Shown here: positions 39,230-50,450 of the stretch, piece by piece | How positions within the stretch are numbered: the first letter of the stretch is position 1 | How the letters are laid out: every line of letters starts with the position of its first letter | Origin: an uncultured cyanobacterium | GTDB taxonomy: Bacteria; Cyanobacteriota; Cyanobacteriia; CAKZMO01 | Direction: 5' to 3' | Assembly: GCA_963719515.1 (NCBI GenBank) | Contig: CAVRCJ010000003.1 | Span: 672,001 to 736,000 of the forward strand | DNA length: 64,000 nt | The notes under the pieces: generated by a model | Told to the model about the DNA's origin: nothing | Database searches by the model: none | The model's input: only the letters and a program-made list of their open reading frames with translations | Position numbers and translations under genes: made by a program

Positions 39230-40060
39230 TCAATACCTGTCGGGCATTATGGCCCCAGTCAAGTTGGTGTTTAGCAGATTAGCCTGATATAGATTGGCGC
39301 TGATGAGGATGGCCTCTGTCAAGTTCGCATCACTCAGATTCGACCAGCTCAAATCGGCCTTATACAAGCTCGCTTTGGTTAGATTGACGCCTCGAAGCGA
39401 TGTCCAGCTCACCAACGCGTTACGGATGTCGGCTTCGACTAAAGAGGCATTTTGTAAGTTGGCACCAATAAGCTTGGCGTGGCTGAGGTTGGCCCTGTTG
39501 AGGTGAGCGTCTTCTAGGTTGACCCCATGCAGAATAGCATTCGTCAAGTTGGCGTTGTCTAGACGAGTCTGATTCAGCAAGCATCCGGTGAGCACCGCCG
39601 ACTCGAGGTTGGCCCACGACAGGTCTGCTCGGGAGAGCTTGGAGCGATTCAGGTTCGCCTCTTTGAGGTTCGCCTTACCGAGCTTCGTTTGACCCAGCAG
39701 CGCCTCACTCAGGTTGCACCGAGACAGGTTGGCATGCTCTAAGTCTGTGCGGTTGAGGTTGACGGCCCGTAGCCCCGCGCCTGCGAGCTGTGCGCCTCTC
39801 AAGGACGCTGACGACAGCTTCGCCCCAATTAAGTTGGCATTGGTCAAAACGGTGCGCTCTAAGGTCGCGTCTTGAAGGTTAGCCTCCCGCAGGTTGGCTC
39901 CCTTCAAATTTGCCTGACTCAAGTTGACCTGTATCAGCACGGCTCGGCGGAGGTCAACGGACTCCAAAGTCTGCCCTGAGAGATCAGCGCCGATCAGGTT
40001 GCACTCTCGAAAATCCCGTTCGCCGTCAGAGTACCGCTTTAGAAACTCATCCGCTTCCAT
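39230..40060 (-). CDS. pentapeptide repeat protein
   Basis: MEADEFLKRYSDGERDF followed by A(N/D)LXX repeats; ends GAIMPD. Confidence 0.93.
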   Translation of the reverse strand: MEADEFLKRYSDGERDFRECNLIGADLSGQTLESVDLRRAVLIQVNLSQANLKGANLREANLQDATLERTVLTNANLIGAKLSSASLRGAQLAGAGLRAVNLNRTDLEHANLSRCNLSEALLGQTKLGKANLKEANLNRSKLSRADLSWANLESAVLTGCLLNQTRLDNANLTNAILHGVNLEDAHLNRANLSHAKLIGANLQNASLVEADIRNALVSWTSLRGVNLTKASLYKADLSWSNLSDANLTEAILISANLYQANLLNTNLTGAIMPDRY

Positions 40061-40368
40061 AGTTGACTACAGCATTATGTGGACTGAAACGCTTCGCACT
40101 GAGAAACAGCGCTTGTCGGTTGGTCTGGGTCCTCGAACGACAGGCAGCTATTAGCAAGGCGCACTTCTCTATCCTTCCCAAGGCTTATTGCCTGAGTCTG
40201 CCCTTAGCCAGATGGGTGCCGCTGACAACCTCTTCACACTAAGTAAAGTCATGCCGTGGCACTCATCTCGTTTCAAGATTGAGGCTTTCTTGTAAAAACC
40301 CACAGTTCCTAAACCAATTTTGGTTGAGAAGAGCCTAGTTAGTAATAGCACACCCCTGGAAAATCCCA

Positions 40369-41952
40369 ATGAAGAAGCAGACCGTAGCACATACAAGCGA
40401 CCTGGAATCGGGAATGATTACCGTTAAAGCGGGAGGAACCTCCATCTTGCTGACCCGGGTTGACGGCAATATTTATGCTACTGGGGCTAAATGTACCCAC
40501 AACGGAGCCTCTTTGTCGCAGGGGGCGCTGTGTGGCAGTCGCGTTGTTTGTCCGTGGCATAATGCTAGCTTCGATGTGACGACGGGAAACCAGCTTTGCC
40601 CACCGGGGCTCGACAGTTTGCCTAGCTACCCCGTTACCCTTGAGGGCGATCGCATCGTGGTGGAGCTGCCAGATGAGCCGCAGGCGTCGCGAACGCCTGA
40701 GATGGCCAGCCATCGCCCCGAAGCCGACGATCGCACCTTTGCGATTTTGGGGGCGGGCGCTGCGGGCACGAATGCTGCGGAGACCCTAAGGGCAGAGGGG
40801 TTTGAGGGCCGGCTGGTGATGATTACCGCTGAGGAGGAGCTGCCCTACGATCGCACCATGCTCAGCAAAAAGTATCTGGCCGGGGGGGCCGAAGAAGATG
40901 CCCTCTCGCTGCGATCGCCGGAATTTTACCAAGCCCATGACATTGAGCTGAAGGCAGGGTCGCGGGTCATCGCCGTCGACGCCGTTGCTCGCACCCTCAC
41001 CTTCGAGGGCGGCACCACCCTCAGCTACGACGCCCTGCTGCTGGCCACGGGCGGCACCGCCAAAAGGCCCCCCATTGACGGCGCAGACTTGGGCGGTGTC
41101 TTCAAGCTGCACAACCACCAGCAGGCGACAGCGATTCTTGAAGCGGCTCAAAATGCGAAGCAGGCGGTAGTGGTAGGCGGCAGCTTTATCGGCATGGAAA
41201 CCGCCGCTAGCTTGACGAAGCAGGGCGTGGCGGTGACGGTGATTACGCCGGGGGCGATCCCCTTTGAGAAGCTCTTAGGCCCTGAGGTGGGGCGGCTGTT
41301 TCAGCGCGTCCACGAGGCCCAGGGCGTCACCTTTAAGCTGGGCACCAAAATGACCGAGATCCACGGCAGCGGTGCGGTGGAGGCGGTGAGCACGGGAGAC
41401 GGCGATCGCCTCCCCGCCGATTTGGTGGTGATCGGCATCGGCGTTGAGCCGACCACCGGCTACCTGACGCAGATGCAGGTGAGCCCCAAAGACAAGAGCG
41501 TTCCTGTGGACGAATACCTGCGGGCGGGCGAGGGGGTCTACGCCGCTGGAGACATCGCCACCTTCCCCGACTGGCGGCTCGGAGAAGACGTCCGCATTGA
41601 GCATTGGCAGCTCGCTGCCCAGCACGGTCGCGTCGCGGCTCGCAATATGCTGGGCGGCCAGCTGCCGTTTCGCGGGGTGCCTTTCTTTTGGACGGGGCAG
41701 TTTGACCTAAAGCTGCGCTATGTGGGCCATGCAGAGCGCTGGGATGAGGTGATTGTTGAGGGGGATGTGGAGAGTACCGACAGTCCGGAGTTCCTGGCTT
41801 TTTACCGCAGGGGCGATCGCATTTTGGCGGTGGCGGGCATCAACCGGGACAAGGACATTGCGGCGATTTCTGAGCTGATGCGGCTGGACAAGATGCCCAG
41901 CGCGGATGGGGTGCGCGGCAAGATGGACTGGCTGGCCAAGCTCAACGGCTAG
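40369..41952 (+). CDS. Rieske domain-FAD/NAD oxidoreductase fusion
   Basis: CTH..CPWH Rieske motif; GAGAAG, LATG, GGSFIGME, YAAGD, PFFWT. Confidence 0.92.
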   Translation: MKKQTVAHTSDLESGMITVKAGGTSILLTRVDGNIYATGAKCTHNGASLSQGALCGSRVVCPWHNASFDVTTGNQLCPPGLDSLPSYPVTLEGDRIVVELPDEPQASRTPEMASHRPEADDRTFAILGAGAAGTNAAETLRAEGFEGRLVMITAEEELPYDRTMLSKKYLAGGAEEDALSLRSPEFYQAHDIELKAGSRVIAVDAVARTLTFEGGTTLSYDALLLATGGTAKRPPIDGADLGGVFKLHNHQQATAILEAAQNAKQAVVVGGSFIGMETAASLTKQGVAVTVITPGAIPFEKLLGPEVGRLFQRVHEAQGVTFKLGTKMTEIHGSGAVEAVSTGDGDRLPADLVVIGIGVEPTTGYLTQMQVSPKDKSVPVDEYLRAGEGVYAAGDIATFPDWRLGEDVRIEHWQLAAQHGRVAARNMLGGQLPFRGVPFFWTGQFDLKLRYVGHAERWDEVIVEGDVESTDSPEFLAFYRRGDRILAVAGINRDKDIAAISELMRLDKMPSADGVRGKMDWLAKLNG

Positions 41953-42158
41953 TAGTTGACGATCATGGTGAGCGATGAACCGCCTACTCTGTTGACGGTT
42001 TGGCTCTCTGGTACTCTGACGAACCCCATGCGCTTGTATAGTCTCACCGCTGGATTGTCTGCCCGGACGCTGAGACTTACCCCTGGAAACCGTTCAATCA
42101 GAGGCAGTGCTATCGTGGGGAGCAAAAGCGCAAAAGCGGTTCTAGCTCGATTTATCAC
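41949..42158 (-). pseudogene. C-terminal GNAT fragment
   Basis: VSLSVRADNPAVRLYKRMGF motif B without the N-terminal half. Confidence 0.5.
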
Positions 42159-42163
42159 AGCCT

Positions 42164-42523
42164 ATGGAGTCTACCCCCCTGGTCGCAACGGACATCGTCA
42201 TAAGCGACTCTCGTAAAACGATCGCCACGCACCCCCTCCCGGACCCTCCACACCCCGGCGTAACCCTAGTCCTCAGCGGCCAAACCTACACCGTACTAGA
42301 GCGGCGGCACCGCTATCGCCTACAGGCAGGGCGCTACCAGCTTCACCGCGTCATGCTCCTAGTGCAGGCCGCTCCGGCGGGCGATCGCACCCAAATAGGC
42401 GATCGCTGGGTCCTGGGCGACTCCACCTGCCGCTACAGTGCCCGCTCCGAACTCGTGCGCTGCGCCGTCAACCCGGCTGGACCTTGCGAGGGCTGCTGCC
42501 ATTACAAACCTCAGGTAGATTAA
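42164..42523 (+). CDS. DUF6464-like cyanobacterial protein
   Basis: [28 protein letters not shown]. Confidence 0.8.
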   Translation: MESTPLVATDIVISDSRKTIATHPLPDPPHPGVTLVLSGQTYTVLERRHRYRLQAGRYQLHRVMLLVQAAPAGDRTQIGDRWVLGDSTCRYSARSELVRCAVNPAGPCEGCCHYKPQVD

Positions 42524-43485
42524 GCTAGAACTGTCCCCACCGCCAGCCGGTTGCCATTGACAAAATCCCACCCCGACTGCGATCGCTTTCCGGCCTGCTG
42601 CACCTGCTGCAGCAACAGCGGTCCCTCCCCCGTCTGCACCACCGGCCCCTGGTTCTTGATGAGATCTATGACAGTGCCGGGTATTTGGGACGCATCAGCG
42701 GGAGAAGCCCACGCTGAGCTTGCCGAAGCGTGCTCGAGCGGCACCGTGCGAAACACCTTGAGCGCCTCCCCCTGGAACCGCGCCAAGCAGTTAGGGTAGA
42801 AGCCGCGCACCTGATTGTGGAGGGCGATCGCGGGGCGAGACCAATCTAGGGCGAAGTCTTCTTTTTTAAGTAATGGGGCATAGGTCGCCTCAGCGTCGGC
42901 CTGCGGCTCTGGGGTGATTTGGCCTTGATCTAAGCCCACGAGGGTATCCACGAGCAGCTGCGCCGTCATTTCGGAAAGCCGCTCGGCCAGGTCATTTGCG
43001 GTATCCGTTAGGCCAATAGGCGTGGTTGCTTTGAGCAGCATCGGACCGGTATCCATTCCCGCATCCATCAGCATGGTGGTAATTCCCGTTTCCGGCTCGC
43101 CGTGGTACAGGCTCCACTGAATGGGCGCTGCCCCCCGGTATTTCGGCAGCAGGGAGCCGTGGCCATTAATGCAGCCTAGCCGAGGCAGATCGAGAATGAA
43201 CTGGGAGAGCAGCTGGCCGTAAGCCACGACGACGAAGACATCTGCCTGAGCCTGCTGCAGGAATTCCAGGGTCGCGGCATCCTTTTTGAGGCGAGCGGGC
43301 TGATGCACCGGCAGCTGATGGGCTAGGGCGCAGGCTTTTACCGGTGATGGAGAGACCCCCCGCCCCCGCCCCCGCCGCTTGTCGGGCTGGGTGACCACCG
43401 CCTGTAGGTCAAGACCAGGCTGCGCAATGAGCCGCTGGAGCGTTGGCACCGCGAACTGCGGTGTTCCAAAAAAGATAGCCTGCAT
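42520..43485 (-). CDS. fmt: methionyl-tRNA formyltransferase
   Basis: [39 protein letters not shown]. Confidence 0.97.
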   Translation of the reverse strand: MQAIFFGTPQFAVPTLQRLIAQPGLDLQAVVTQPDKRRGRGRGVSPSPVKACALAHQLPVHQPARLKKDAATLEFLQQAQADVFVVVAYGQLLSQFILDLPRLGCINGHGSLLPKYRGAAPIQWSLYHGEPETGITTMLMDAGMDTGPMLLKATTPIGLTDTANDLAERLSEMTAQLLVDTLVGLDQGQITPEPQADAEATYAPLLKKEDFALDWSRPAIALHNQVRGFYPNCLARFQGEALKVFRTVPLEHASASSAWASPADASQIPGTVIDLIKNQGPVVQTGEGPLLLQQVQQAGKRSQSGWDFVNGNRLAVGTVLA

Positions 43486-44276
43486 TAATTTGGGGAGGCG
43501 CTTGGGGGAACGCGCTGGGGAGAGGGTTGGGATGCCGCTGGCCGCTGGTTTCGAGCTGGAGTTTTGGCCAGCCGCTGCTCCAGCTCAGCGATACGGGCTT
43601 CTAGGGGCCTTGAAGATGGAGTGATGCCGACCTGGGCCTCTAGCTGGGCGATCGCCCCCTCTAGAGCGTCTTGCTCTAAGCGAAGCTGGCTCAGCGATCG
43701 CTGTAGCTCCTGCTGAGCCTGAGGATTGGGTTGTTCCGGGGTGGTTGGCGGCGGGGCGGGCTGCGCGGGGCGGGCTGCTGTAGAGCCTGAGGCGGCCTCT
43801 AAATCGGCTGGATCGGCTGCCGCTGACGGTCCCGGCGAGTCCGTTCCTGGTGGACGCCGAGGGGCAGGAGCCTCTGGGAAGTCGGTTTCCGGTGAGTCAG
43901 AGGCGGTGGCTGATTCAGACCTGCTGGCTTCATCAGGCTGATCTTGTCCACGAGGCTGTTCGACGCCGCCACCGACCCCACCAACCCCATCGGGCGGCGA
44001 TCGCGTTTCGGCGTCTGGGTAGGGTGCTCCCCGCAGGCGGGCTGCGCCGCGCAGCAAATTCTCTAGAAGAGGCTGCCTCTCTCCGGAGCCGGGAGCGACC
44101 TGGGCTATGGCGATGCCGATTACCAGGGCCAAAGCGCTGCCAACGCCAAGCAGCAAAAGCCGAAAAATAAGCACGAGAACAGGCCGCACAATAGAGGTTG
44201 CTTTGCTAGAGCGGGTATGCGTGGCCAGCTTAGTGGGTTTTGTCGAGGGTTCTGTCACAGCTTGACCCAATTCCAC
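43485..44276 (-). CDS. hypothetical protein (TM, Pro-rich linker, coiled coil)
   Basis: Stop coupled to the fmt start; [11 protein letters not shown] segment; start uncertain. Confidence 0.7.
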   Translation of the reverse strand: MELGQAVTEPSTKPTKLATHTRSSKATSIVRPVLVLIFRLLLLGVGSALALVIGIAIAQVAPGSGERQPLLENLLRGAARLRGAPYPDAETRSPPDGVGGVGGGVEQPRGQDQPDEASRSESATASDSPETDFPEAPAPRRPPGTDSPGPSAAADPADLEAASGSTAARPAQPAPPPTTPEQPNPQAQQELQRSLSQLRLEQDALEGAIAQLEAQVGITPSSRPLEARIAELEQRLAKTPARNQRPAASQPSPQRVPPSASPN

Positions 44277-44330
44277 TTTGTGATGCTACCGCACCTTGAC
44301 GCCGATTTGTGGACTTGACGGATTTCGGCG

Positions 44331-45200
44331 TTAGGTTTCCGGCGACGCCGTTTCGCAAAAGGGGTAAAACATAGACTGACCACTAACCCAACCCTGATCG
44401 GTTTTGAACCAGGTGCCCGTGCTGTTTTGGGTCGCCTCAGACGGAAAGACCAGCTCCCCCCCTGTCAGTTTGTTTTCCACCGGAATTTGATAGGCTGCCG
44501 TAGAGTGGACCGTTGTTCCGCCAGGGGCCACTACCAGCGGCAAATAGCCGTTGAACTCAATGCAGGCAGGCCGAAACAGCTCTTCGCCACTCATCCAGCC
44601 GCCGCTGTAAAACCAAACCCCGTCATTGTAGTAGCGCTGTTCCGCCACCACCACACTGCCCCCGTCTAGCTTCTGCAGCACCTCAGAGGCCGAGTCAGGC
44701 TCGGTGTAGACGCTGGCCCCTCCCGGCAGCACCACGAACGGACGACTGGTGCTAGCGTAGGCTTCTGAGAAATTGACAAACTTTCCTTCAACCCAGCCCT
44801 CCGACTCGCCGACGCGGGCGAAGTACCAAACGTTCCCGCCCTCTGACCGCTGCGCTTCCAAAACTTGGAGGCGATCGCCGCTCACCAAGGCCGTGACGAC
44901 GGCAGCATCAGGGGAGGGTTCGGTAAAGAGCGCACTGCCTTGGTCCTCAGAGGCCAGCAGCTCTGCGGTTTCCCCCGAAGGTTCGGGAGGGGAGGTCTCG
45001 GAGGCGGTGGGGACCGGCATTAAAGACACCGGCGTCAGCTCTGTTGAAGGGTCATCATCAGCGGCCGGCGCGGTCTCGATGGGCCAAGGGGAGGGGAGGG
45101 GTGAAGTTTCGGGAGGTGCGGCGGACCGGCAGGCCGCAGCGCTGATGCTAAGCAGGATAAGAATCCCGACGCGAGTTGAGATCGTCCCTGGCATAGTCAT
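44331..45200 (-). CDS. lipoprotein with SH3-like repeats
   Basis: AAAC lipobox; three repeats ending WY/WF...GWV/GWM. Confidence 0.75.
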   Translation of the reverse strand: MTMPGTISTRVGILILLSISAAACRSAAPPETSPLPSPWPIETAPAADDDPSTELTPVSLMPVPTASETSPPEPSGETAELLASEDQGSALFTEPSPDAAVVTALVSGDRLQVLEAQRSEGGNVWYFARVGESEGWVEGKFVNFSEAYASTSRPFVVLPGGASVYTEPDSASEVLQKLDGGSVVVAEQRYYNDGVWFYSGGWMSGEELFRPACIEFNGYLPLVVAPGGTTVHSTAAYQIPVENKLTGGELVFPSEATQNSTGTWFKTDQGWVSGQSMFYPFCETASPET

Positions 45201-45203
45201 TGC

Positions 45204-45620
45204 CTATGATAAAACCCGTAAAAACTCTAAGGGTAGCCCATCCGCATCGGCAAGGAACGCTACCTCATAGACGCGATCGCCGATCATCTGCTGCTGGGGA
45301 GGTAGTAAAACCGTCAGTGGCTCCATCTCGTTTTCCTGAGCCTGCTTTTGGATTTGTTCTACCCAGTCTGGCAAGCTGGGGGCGGCAGCGGTGAGATCAA
45401 ACGACAGGTGGTAGTACCCCGTGTAGTGCTCGTCGCTGAACGCATCGGCCGTCGGCGCAGGCTGGGGCACCTGCAGCAGCTCTATTCGGCCCCCTAGCCC
45501 CTCCATCCAGCAGGCTAGAGTAATCCCGGCAGTAAAGCGTTCGCACACCTCAAAGCCCAGCAGCTCGTAAAAGGCGATCGCGCGGTGGATGTCAGCGGTG
45601 CGGATAGAGGCGTGGTGCAT
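45204..45620 (-). CDS. VOC/glyoxalase family protein
   Basis: MHHASIRT, FYELLGF, HLSF, DADGLPLE. Confidence 0.9.
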   Translation of the reverse strand: MHHASIRTADIHRAIAFYELLGFEVCERFTAGITLACWMEGLGGRIELLQVPQPAPTADAFSDEHYTGYYHLSFDLTAAAPSLPDWVEQIQKQAQENEMEPLTVLLPPQQQMIGDRVYEVAFLADADGLPLEFLRVLS

Positions 45621-46124
45621 TTATTCGAACATTCGATAATAGGGATAGCGCTCCGGGGTGCCGGGCTCCTTGTCCAGATCGAAATTGATCACTTCCCAGC
45701 AGGGCTCGTCCTCAGTCTCAGCGCTAAACTCAACCGGTAGCCCATAGAGCCGGGGCTTGGGGAGTTCAGACTTCTCCCGCCAGGGTGTACTGCGCTCTAG
45801 ATAAGTGCTCACTAGCTCCTTGTACCGGTGGGCAATAACCACCCGCGTCGCGCGATAGCCCTGGGTGTACAGCTGGTCTAGCGCCTCGTGAATCTCGAAG
45901 CGAATCCCATCAGGGTGAGTATGCTGCCGGTACCAGCGGTCATCCCACAGTCGCCAGTGCCGTCCAGACTGCAGATGTACAAGCTCGTTGGTTTTGGGCG
46001 CGACCTCGAAAGCGCCGTGGCGCGGACAGAGATAAGTATCGGTCAGCGTCAGCGCTGCTATAGTCTGACGACAGTGAGGACAATAGATCTCTGGCCCGAA
46101 GATGGGATACTGTAGATTAACCAT
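45621..46124 (-). CDS. conserved cyanobacterial protein (TIGR02652-like)
   Basis: CPHC..LTLTDTYLCPRHG; HTHPDGIRFEIHEALD. Confidence 0.85.
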   Translation of the reverse strand: MVNLQYPIFGPEIYCPHCRQTIAALTLTDTYLCPRHGAFEVAPKTNELVHLQSGRHWRLWDDRWYRQHTHPDGIRFEIHEALDQLYTQGYRATRVVIAHRYKELVSTYLERSTPWREKSELPKPRLYGLPVEFSAETEDEPCWEVINFDLDKEPGTPERYPYYRMFE

Positions 46125-46253
46125 AATGCTATATCAGCAGAACTCCGCAAGGACTCTACAGCCAACCGTCAGGTAACCGTTAAGCTTGGCCATACGGTAA
46201 TTCTAAGCGCACCCTATGGCACAAGCGGTAAAACTTTGAGCATTTTTCAAGAT

Positions 46254-46802
46254 ATGGCTTCTCCCCCTGAGCCGTCTCACTCCGTTAACCCATCTCCTTG
46301 GCCTTCTCCAACGCTCTCGGGGGCTGCCTTTGTCGCTCCTGACGCCACGATCATTGGCGCGGTGCAGCTCGGCAAAGGATCTAGCGTCTGGTATGGCGCG
46401 GTGCTGCGGGGAGATGTGGAAAAGATTGAGGTGGGGGACCACAGCAACGTGCAGGACGGGGCTATCCTCCACGGCGATCCGGGTCAGCCAGCGGTGCTAG
46501 AGGCCTTTGTGACCGTAGGACACCGGGCAGTGATCCACGGAGCAACTGTGGGACGGGGCACCTTGGTGGGTATCGGCGCCATCGTGCTCAACGGGGTCAC
46601 GGTGGGGGAAGGCTGCATGATCGGGGCAGGGTCAGTGGTCACCAAAGATGTCCCGGAGCGATCGCTCGTGGTGGGAATTCCGGCGAAGGTGAAGCGGCAG
46701 CTATCGGCGGCGGAGGTGCAGGATTTGATTGAGCACGCCCAGAAGTACGAGAAGCTGGCCCAGGTGCACGCCGGTACGGGGCAGGATTTGGGGTTTGCGT
46801 GA
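46254..46802 (+). CDS. gamma carbonic anhydrase family protein
   Basis: VLRGD, SNVQDG..LH, VGH..IHG, hexapeptide repeats; start uncertain. Confidence 0.92.
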   Translation: MASPPEPSHSVNPSPWPSPTLSGAAFVAPDATIIGAVQLGKGSSVWYGAVLRGDVEKIEVGDHSNVQDGAILHGDPGQPAVLEAFVTVGHRAVIHGATVGRGTLVGIGAIVLNGVTVGEGCMIGAGSVVTKDVPERSLVVGIPAKVKRQLSAAEVQDLIEHAQKYEKLAQVHAGTGQDLGFA

Positions 46803-46884
46803 TTTTCGCATCACGGATTTGACCGTTCCCGTTTGACCCTTCCCAGTTTATTGCCAAGGTGATGCATTACCGATACGGGTTTAA

Positions 46885-46918
46885 CCGGTAGGGACATGGC
46901 ACGCCATGTCCCTACCGG
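46885..46918. repeat. GTAG-type REP-like perfect palindrome
   Basis: CCGGTAGGGACATGGC-AC-GCCATGTCCCTACCGG between convergent genes. Confidence 0.75.
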
Positions 46919-46933
46919 GCGTGAACGGGGGAT

Positions 46934-48139
46934 CTACGCGTCGTCCAGGGCTGCGATACCGGGAAGGGTCTTGCCTTCCAGCAGCTCTAGGCTCGCGCCG
47001 CCGCCGGTAGAAATGTGGCTCATCTTATCTGCCACACCTACCTTCTCAACCGCTGCTACAGAGTCTCCGCCGCCGATGATGGTGGTGGCCCCTGTACCGG
47101 TTAGCTCTGCCAGGGTACCGGCGATCGCCTCAGTTCCAGCGGCGAACTTGTCAAACTCGAACACGCCCATGGGGCCATTCCAGATCACCGACTTGCACTG
47201 CTTGAGGGCGTCCTGAAACACCTTCACGGAATCAGGGCCAATGTCCAGCCCCATCCAGCCATCGGGAATATTCTCCACGCTGACGGTTTGGGATTCAGCG
47301 TCGGGGGCAAAGTTGTCGGCCAACACCACGTCGGTGGGCAAGAGTAGGTCCACGCCCTTCTCTTTAGCTTTGGCTTCTAGAGACTTCGCTAGCTCTAGCT
47401 TGTCGTCTTCCACCAAAGACTTCCCTACATTTAGACCCCGCGCTTTGTAAAAGGTGAAGATCATGCCGCCGCCAATCAGCAGCTTGTCTACCTTGTCGAG
47501 CAGGGTTTCGATAACGCCAATTTTGCTAGAGACTTTAGAGCCGCCAATGATCGCAGCTAGGGGCTTTTGAGGGTTCTCGATGGCGTTCTGCAGGTACTGC
47601 AGCTCTTTGTCGATCAGGTAGCCCGCGACAGCGGGACTCAGGTAGTGGGTCACCCCTTCCGTGGAAGCGTGGGCGCGGTGGGCGGTGCCAAAGGCGTCGT
47701 TGACGTAGAGGTCGGCATTTGAAGCAAGCTGCTTGGCAAACTCGGCGTCGTTGGCCTCTTCCCCAGCCTTGAAGCGCAGATTCTCCAGCAGCAGCACGTC
47801 GCCATTGGCCATCGCGCCGATCTTTTGCGCCACTTCATCACCGACGCAGTCGTCACACTTCACGACCGGCTTGCCGAGCAGGTCCGATAGGCGAGCAGCC
47901 ACGGCGGTGAGGCGCAGGTCCTCTTTCACCTGGCCCTTCGGGCGGCCCATGTGGCTGCTGAGAATGACCTTGGCCCCCTTATCAACAAGGTCGTTGATAG
48001 TAGGTAGGGCAGCGCGGATGCGGGTATCGTCAGTAATACTGCCCTTATCGTCTGACGGAACGTTGAAATCTGCTCGAACAAGTACCCGCTTACCGGAAAT
48101 GTCCGAAGCGGATAGGTCGGCTAGCGTCTTCTTAGACAC
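46934..48139 (-). CDS. pgk: phosphoglycerate kinase
   Basis: [43 protein letters not shown]. Confidence 0.98.
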   Translation of the reverse strand: MSKKTLADLSASDISGKRVLVRADFNVPSDDKGSITDDTRIRAALPTINDLVDKGAKVILSSHMGRPKGQVKEDLRLTAVAARLSDLLGKPVVKCDDCVGDEVAQKIGAMANGDVLLLENLRFKAGEEANDAEFAKQLASNADLYVNDAFGTAHRAHASTEGVTHYLSPAVAGYLIDKELQYLQNAIENPQKPLAAIIGGSKVSSKIGVIETLLDKVDKLLIGGGMIFTFYKARGLNVGKSLVEDDKLELAKSLEAKAKEKGVDLLLPTDVVLADNFAPDAESQTVSVENIPDGWMGLDIGPDSVKVFQDALKQCKSVIWNGPMGVFEFDKFAAGTEAIAGTLAELTGTGATTIIGGGDSVAAVEKVGVADKMSHISTGGGASLELLEGKTLPGIAALDDA

Positions 48140-48391
48140 GGAATCCCTCCCAATAGATGTTTCTACTTACTGCGTATTGTCCTAACAGGATGCGGCATTT
48201 CCAAATCCCCCGTAAGTTCTAAGGAGAGCAACGCCGATCATCCCACTCCTTAAGGCCAGTCTTACGGCCCGCTAGGCGCTATGATTCAAAGAAAAGTAGC
48301 TTAGACATGTGGTTCAAAACCATCCACATCTTACCGGAGTTTGTACCCGCCCCAGAGATCCAGCCAGAGATCCAGCCCCAGAGAGGCCGCT

Positions 48392-48802
48392 ATGTTTAAG
48401 ACCGTGCTCTTTCCCATCGATCAAACCCGTGAGTCTCGCCACGCCGCTGAGCTCGTGACAAGTATTGTCAAAACCTACAGCAGCAAGCTTGTTTTACTCT
48501 CGGTCGTAGAATCTCCTGAGGACCGAGAAGGGACTTCCGAGCCGGAAATGACCTCTCCCGCAGCGATCGCCAAGCTGCTAGAAACTGCCAGAACCCTGTT
48601 TAAAGATGAGAATATCGATACCGAGGTGCTAGAAAGGCAGGGAATGCCCGCTTTTATCATCTGTGATGTAGCGGATGAGCTAGATGCCGACTTGATCGTA
48701 ATGGGGAGTCGCGGCATCGGGCTGACGGAGGAAGGGCTGTCGGATAGCGTCAGCAACCGCGTGATTAATCTTTCTCCCTGCCCGGTGCTGATTGTGCCGT
48801 AG
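48392..48802 (+). CDS. universal stress protein
   Basis: MFKTVLFPID, DLIVMGSRG, SVSNRVI..CPVLIVP. Confidence 0.93.
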   Translation: MFKTVLFPIDQTRESRHAAELVTSIVKTYSSKLVLLSVVESPEDREGTSEPEMTSPAAIAKLLETARTLFKDENIDTEVLERQGMPAFIICDVADELDADLIVMGSRGIGLTEEGLSDSVSNRVINLSPCPVLIVP

Positions 48803-48847
48803 CGAAATTGCACCGCAGCTACGCTGCTCCTTAATGTTTAGGTTCCC

Positions 48848-49711
48848 ATGACTGCTCCCGATATTCAGTGGTACCCCGGCCATATTGCCAAGGCCGAAAA
48901 GCAGCTCCAAAATCAGCTCCAGCGCGTAGACGTGGTGCTGGAGGTTCGAGATGCCCGAATTCCTCTGGCGACGCATCACCCAGACGTAGCGCGTTGGGTG
49001 GGAGATAAGGCTAAAGTGCTGGTGCTCAATCGCGTGGATATGGTGCCCGATGAGGTTGTGCTCTTATGGACCGACTGGTTTAAGGCGCGGCAGGAGCGGC
49101 CCTATGGGGCGAATGCGCAGCAGGGAAAAGGGGTAAAAGCGATCGCCCAAGCGGCCCAGACTGCAGGACGCGCTATGAACGAGCGCCGTCGCCAGAGAGG
49201 GATGCGGCCCCGTCCGGTGCGGGCGGTGGTGATCGGCTTCCCCAATGTGGGTAAGTCAGCGTTGATCAACCGGCTGCTGCGTAAGCGAGTAGTAGAGAGC
49301 GCTCGCCGACCGGGGGTAACGCGACAGCTCCGCTGGGTCCGCATTTCCGATGAGTTAGAGCTACTGGACTCGCCTGGGGTCCTGCCCTCCCAGCTAGAGA
49401 ACCAGGATGCCGCCATCAAGCTCGCCATCTGCGATGACATTGGCGAAGCGGCCTATGACAATCAGCGGGTGGCGGCGGCGTTTGTGGAAAAGCTTAAAAG
49501 CCTGCAGGCGGTGGTCCCGCAATTTGTGCCGCCGGACCTACTAGAGGAACGCTACGGACTGGCGGCGACCGAGTTCACGGGGGAGAGCTATGTGGTAGCG
49601 CTAGGGGAATATCGCTACCAGAATGATTCAGAGCGAGCAGCGCGGCAAATGCTGCGGGACTTTCGGAAGGGGCTGCTGGGGACCATTCCGCTAGAGCTGC
49701 CAAAAGATTGA
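48848..49711 (+). CDS. ylqF: ribosome biogenesis GTPase YlqF/RbgA
   Basis: IQWYPGH, DARIP, GFPNVGKS, PGVT, DSPG. Confidence 0.96.
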   Translation: MTAPDIQWYPGHIAKAEKQLQNQLQRVDVVLEVRDARIPLATHHPDVARWVGDKAKVLVLNRVDMVPDEVVLLWTDWFKARQERPYGANAQQGKGVKAIAQAAQTAGRAMNERRRQRGMRPRPVRAVVIGFPNVGKSALINRLLRKRVVESARRPGVTRQLRWVRISDELELLDSPGVLPSQLENQDAAIKLAICDDIGEAAYDNQRVAAAFVEKLKSLQAVVPQFVPPDLLEERYGLAATEFTGESYVVALGEYRYQNDSERAARQMLRDFRKGLLGTIPLELPKD

Positions 49712-49749
49712 GAGCTCGACATCTTCCCGGCTTACGCTCTCGCGCGAAT

Positions 49750-50388
49750 TTAGCGGCTTAGCCAAATCGACACCAGCCCAAACCCCGTCAGCAAACCCCC
49801 CGATCCCCGGTTAAGCCACTGCATAATCTCCGGTGTAATTCGCCGCCGCACGAGACTAACGCCGCCGCTTAGGCAAAGCCACCACAGCGCCGATCCCAAG
49901 AAAACGCCGCTCACAAGGGCGATCGCGTCCCCATAGCTGCTCGCGGCTCGCGCCAGCCCTAGCCCGGCAAAAACGGCTACGAAAGATAAGATAGTCGCTG
50001 GGTTGGTCAACGTCAGCAAGACCGTCGAACTGTAGGCGCTGATTAGCCCCAACCGTTCACCCGCTGCTGAATTTACCTCACCTTCAACCGCTGCCTCAGC
50101 TTTGGGCCTCTCCAAAAATGCCTTGACGCCTAGGTAAAGCAAAAAGCCGCCCCCAAGCCTTTGAATCCAGGTCTCATAGGCTAAGAGACCGTTAGAAATA
50201 GCGGTCAACCCGAAGCCGGCCATCAGTCCGTAGAAGCCGTCAGCGGTCGCTGCGCCCAAACCTGAGGCAAACCCAATGGCGAGACCACGGGCCAGCGTGC
50301 GCTGAATGCAGAGAATACCGATGGGGCCAACCGGCATGGCGATTGAGAAGCCTAGCGCTAGCCCCTGAACAAGTGAAATGACGCTCAT
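49750..50388 (-). CDS. LysE-family translocator
   Basis: IAMPVGPIG, GAATAD, LTLTNP; multi-TM. Confidence 0.92.
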   Translation of the reverse strand: MSVISLVQGLALGFSIAMPVGPIGILCIQRTLARGLAIGFASGLGAATADGFYGLMAGFGLTAISNGLLAYETWIQRLGGGFLLYLGVKAFLERPKAEAAVEGEVNSAAGERLGLISAYSSTVLLTLTNPATILSFVAVFAGLGLARAASSYGDAIALVSGVFLGSALWWLCLSGGVSLVRRRITPEIMQWLNRGSGGLLTGFGLVSIWLSR

Positions 50389-50450
50389 GGCAATTTACCC
50401 GTATGTTGAAGACGCCTGCTGCGCCCCAACGTGGACGAGTCACTGCGTCG

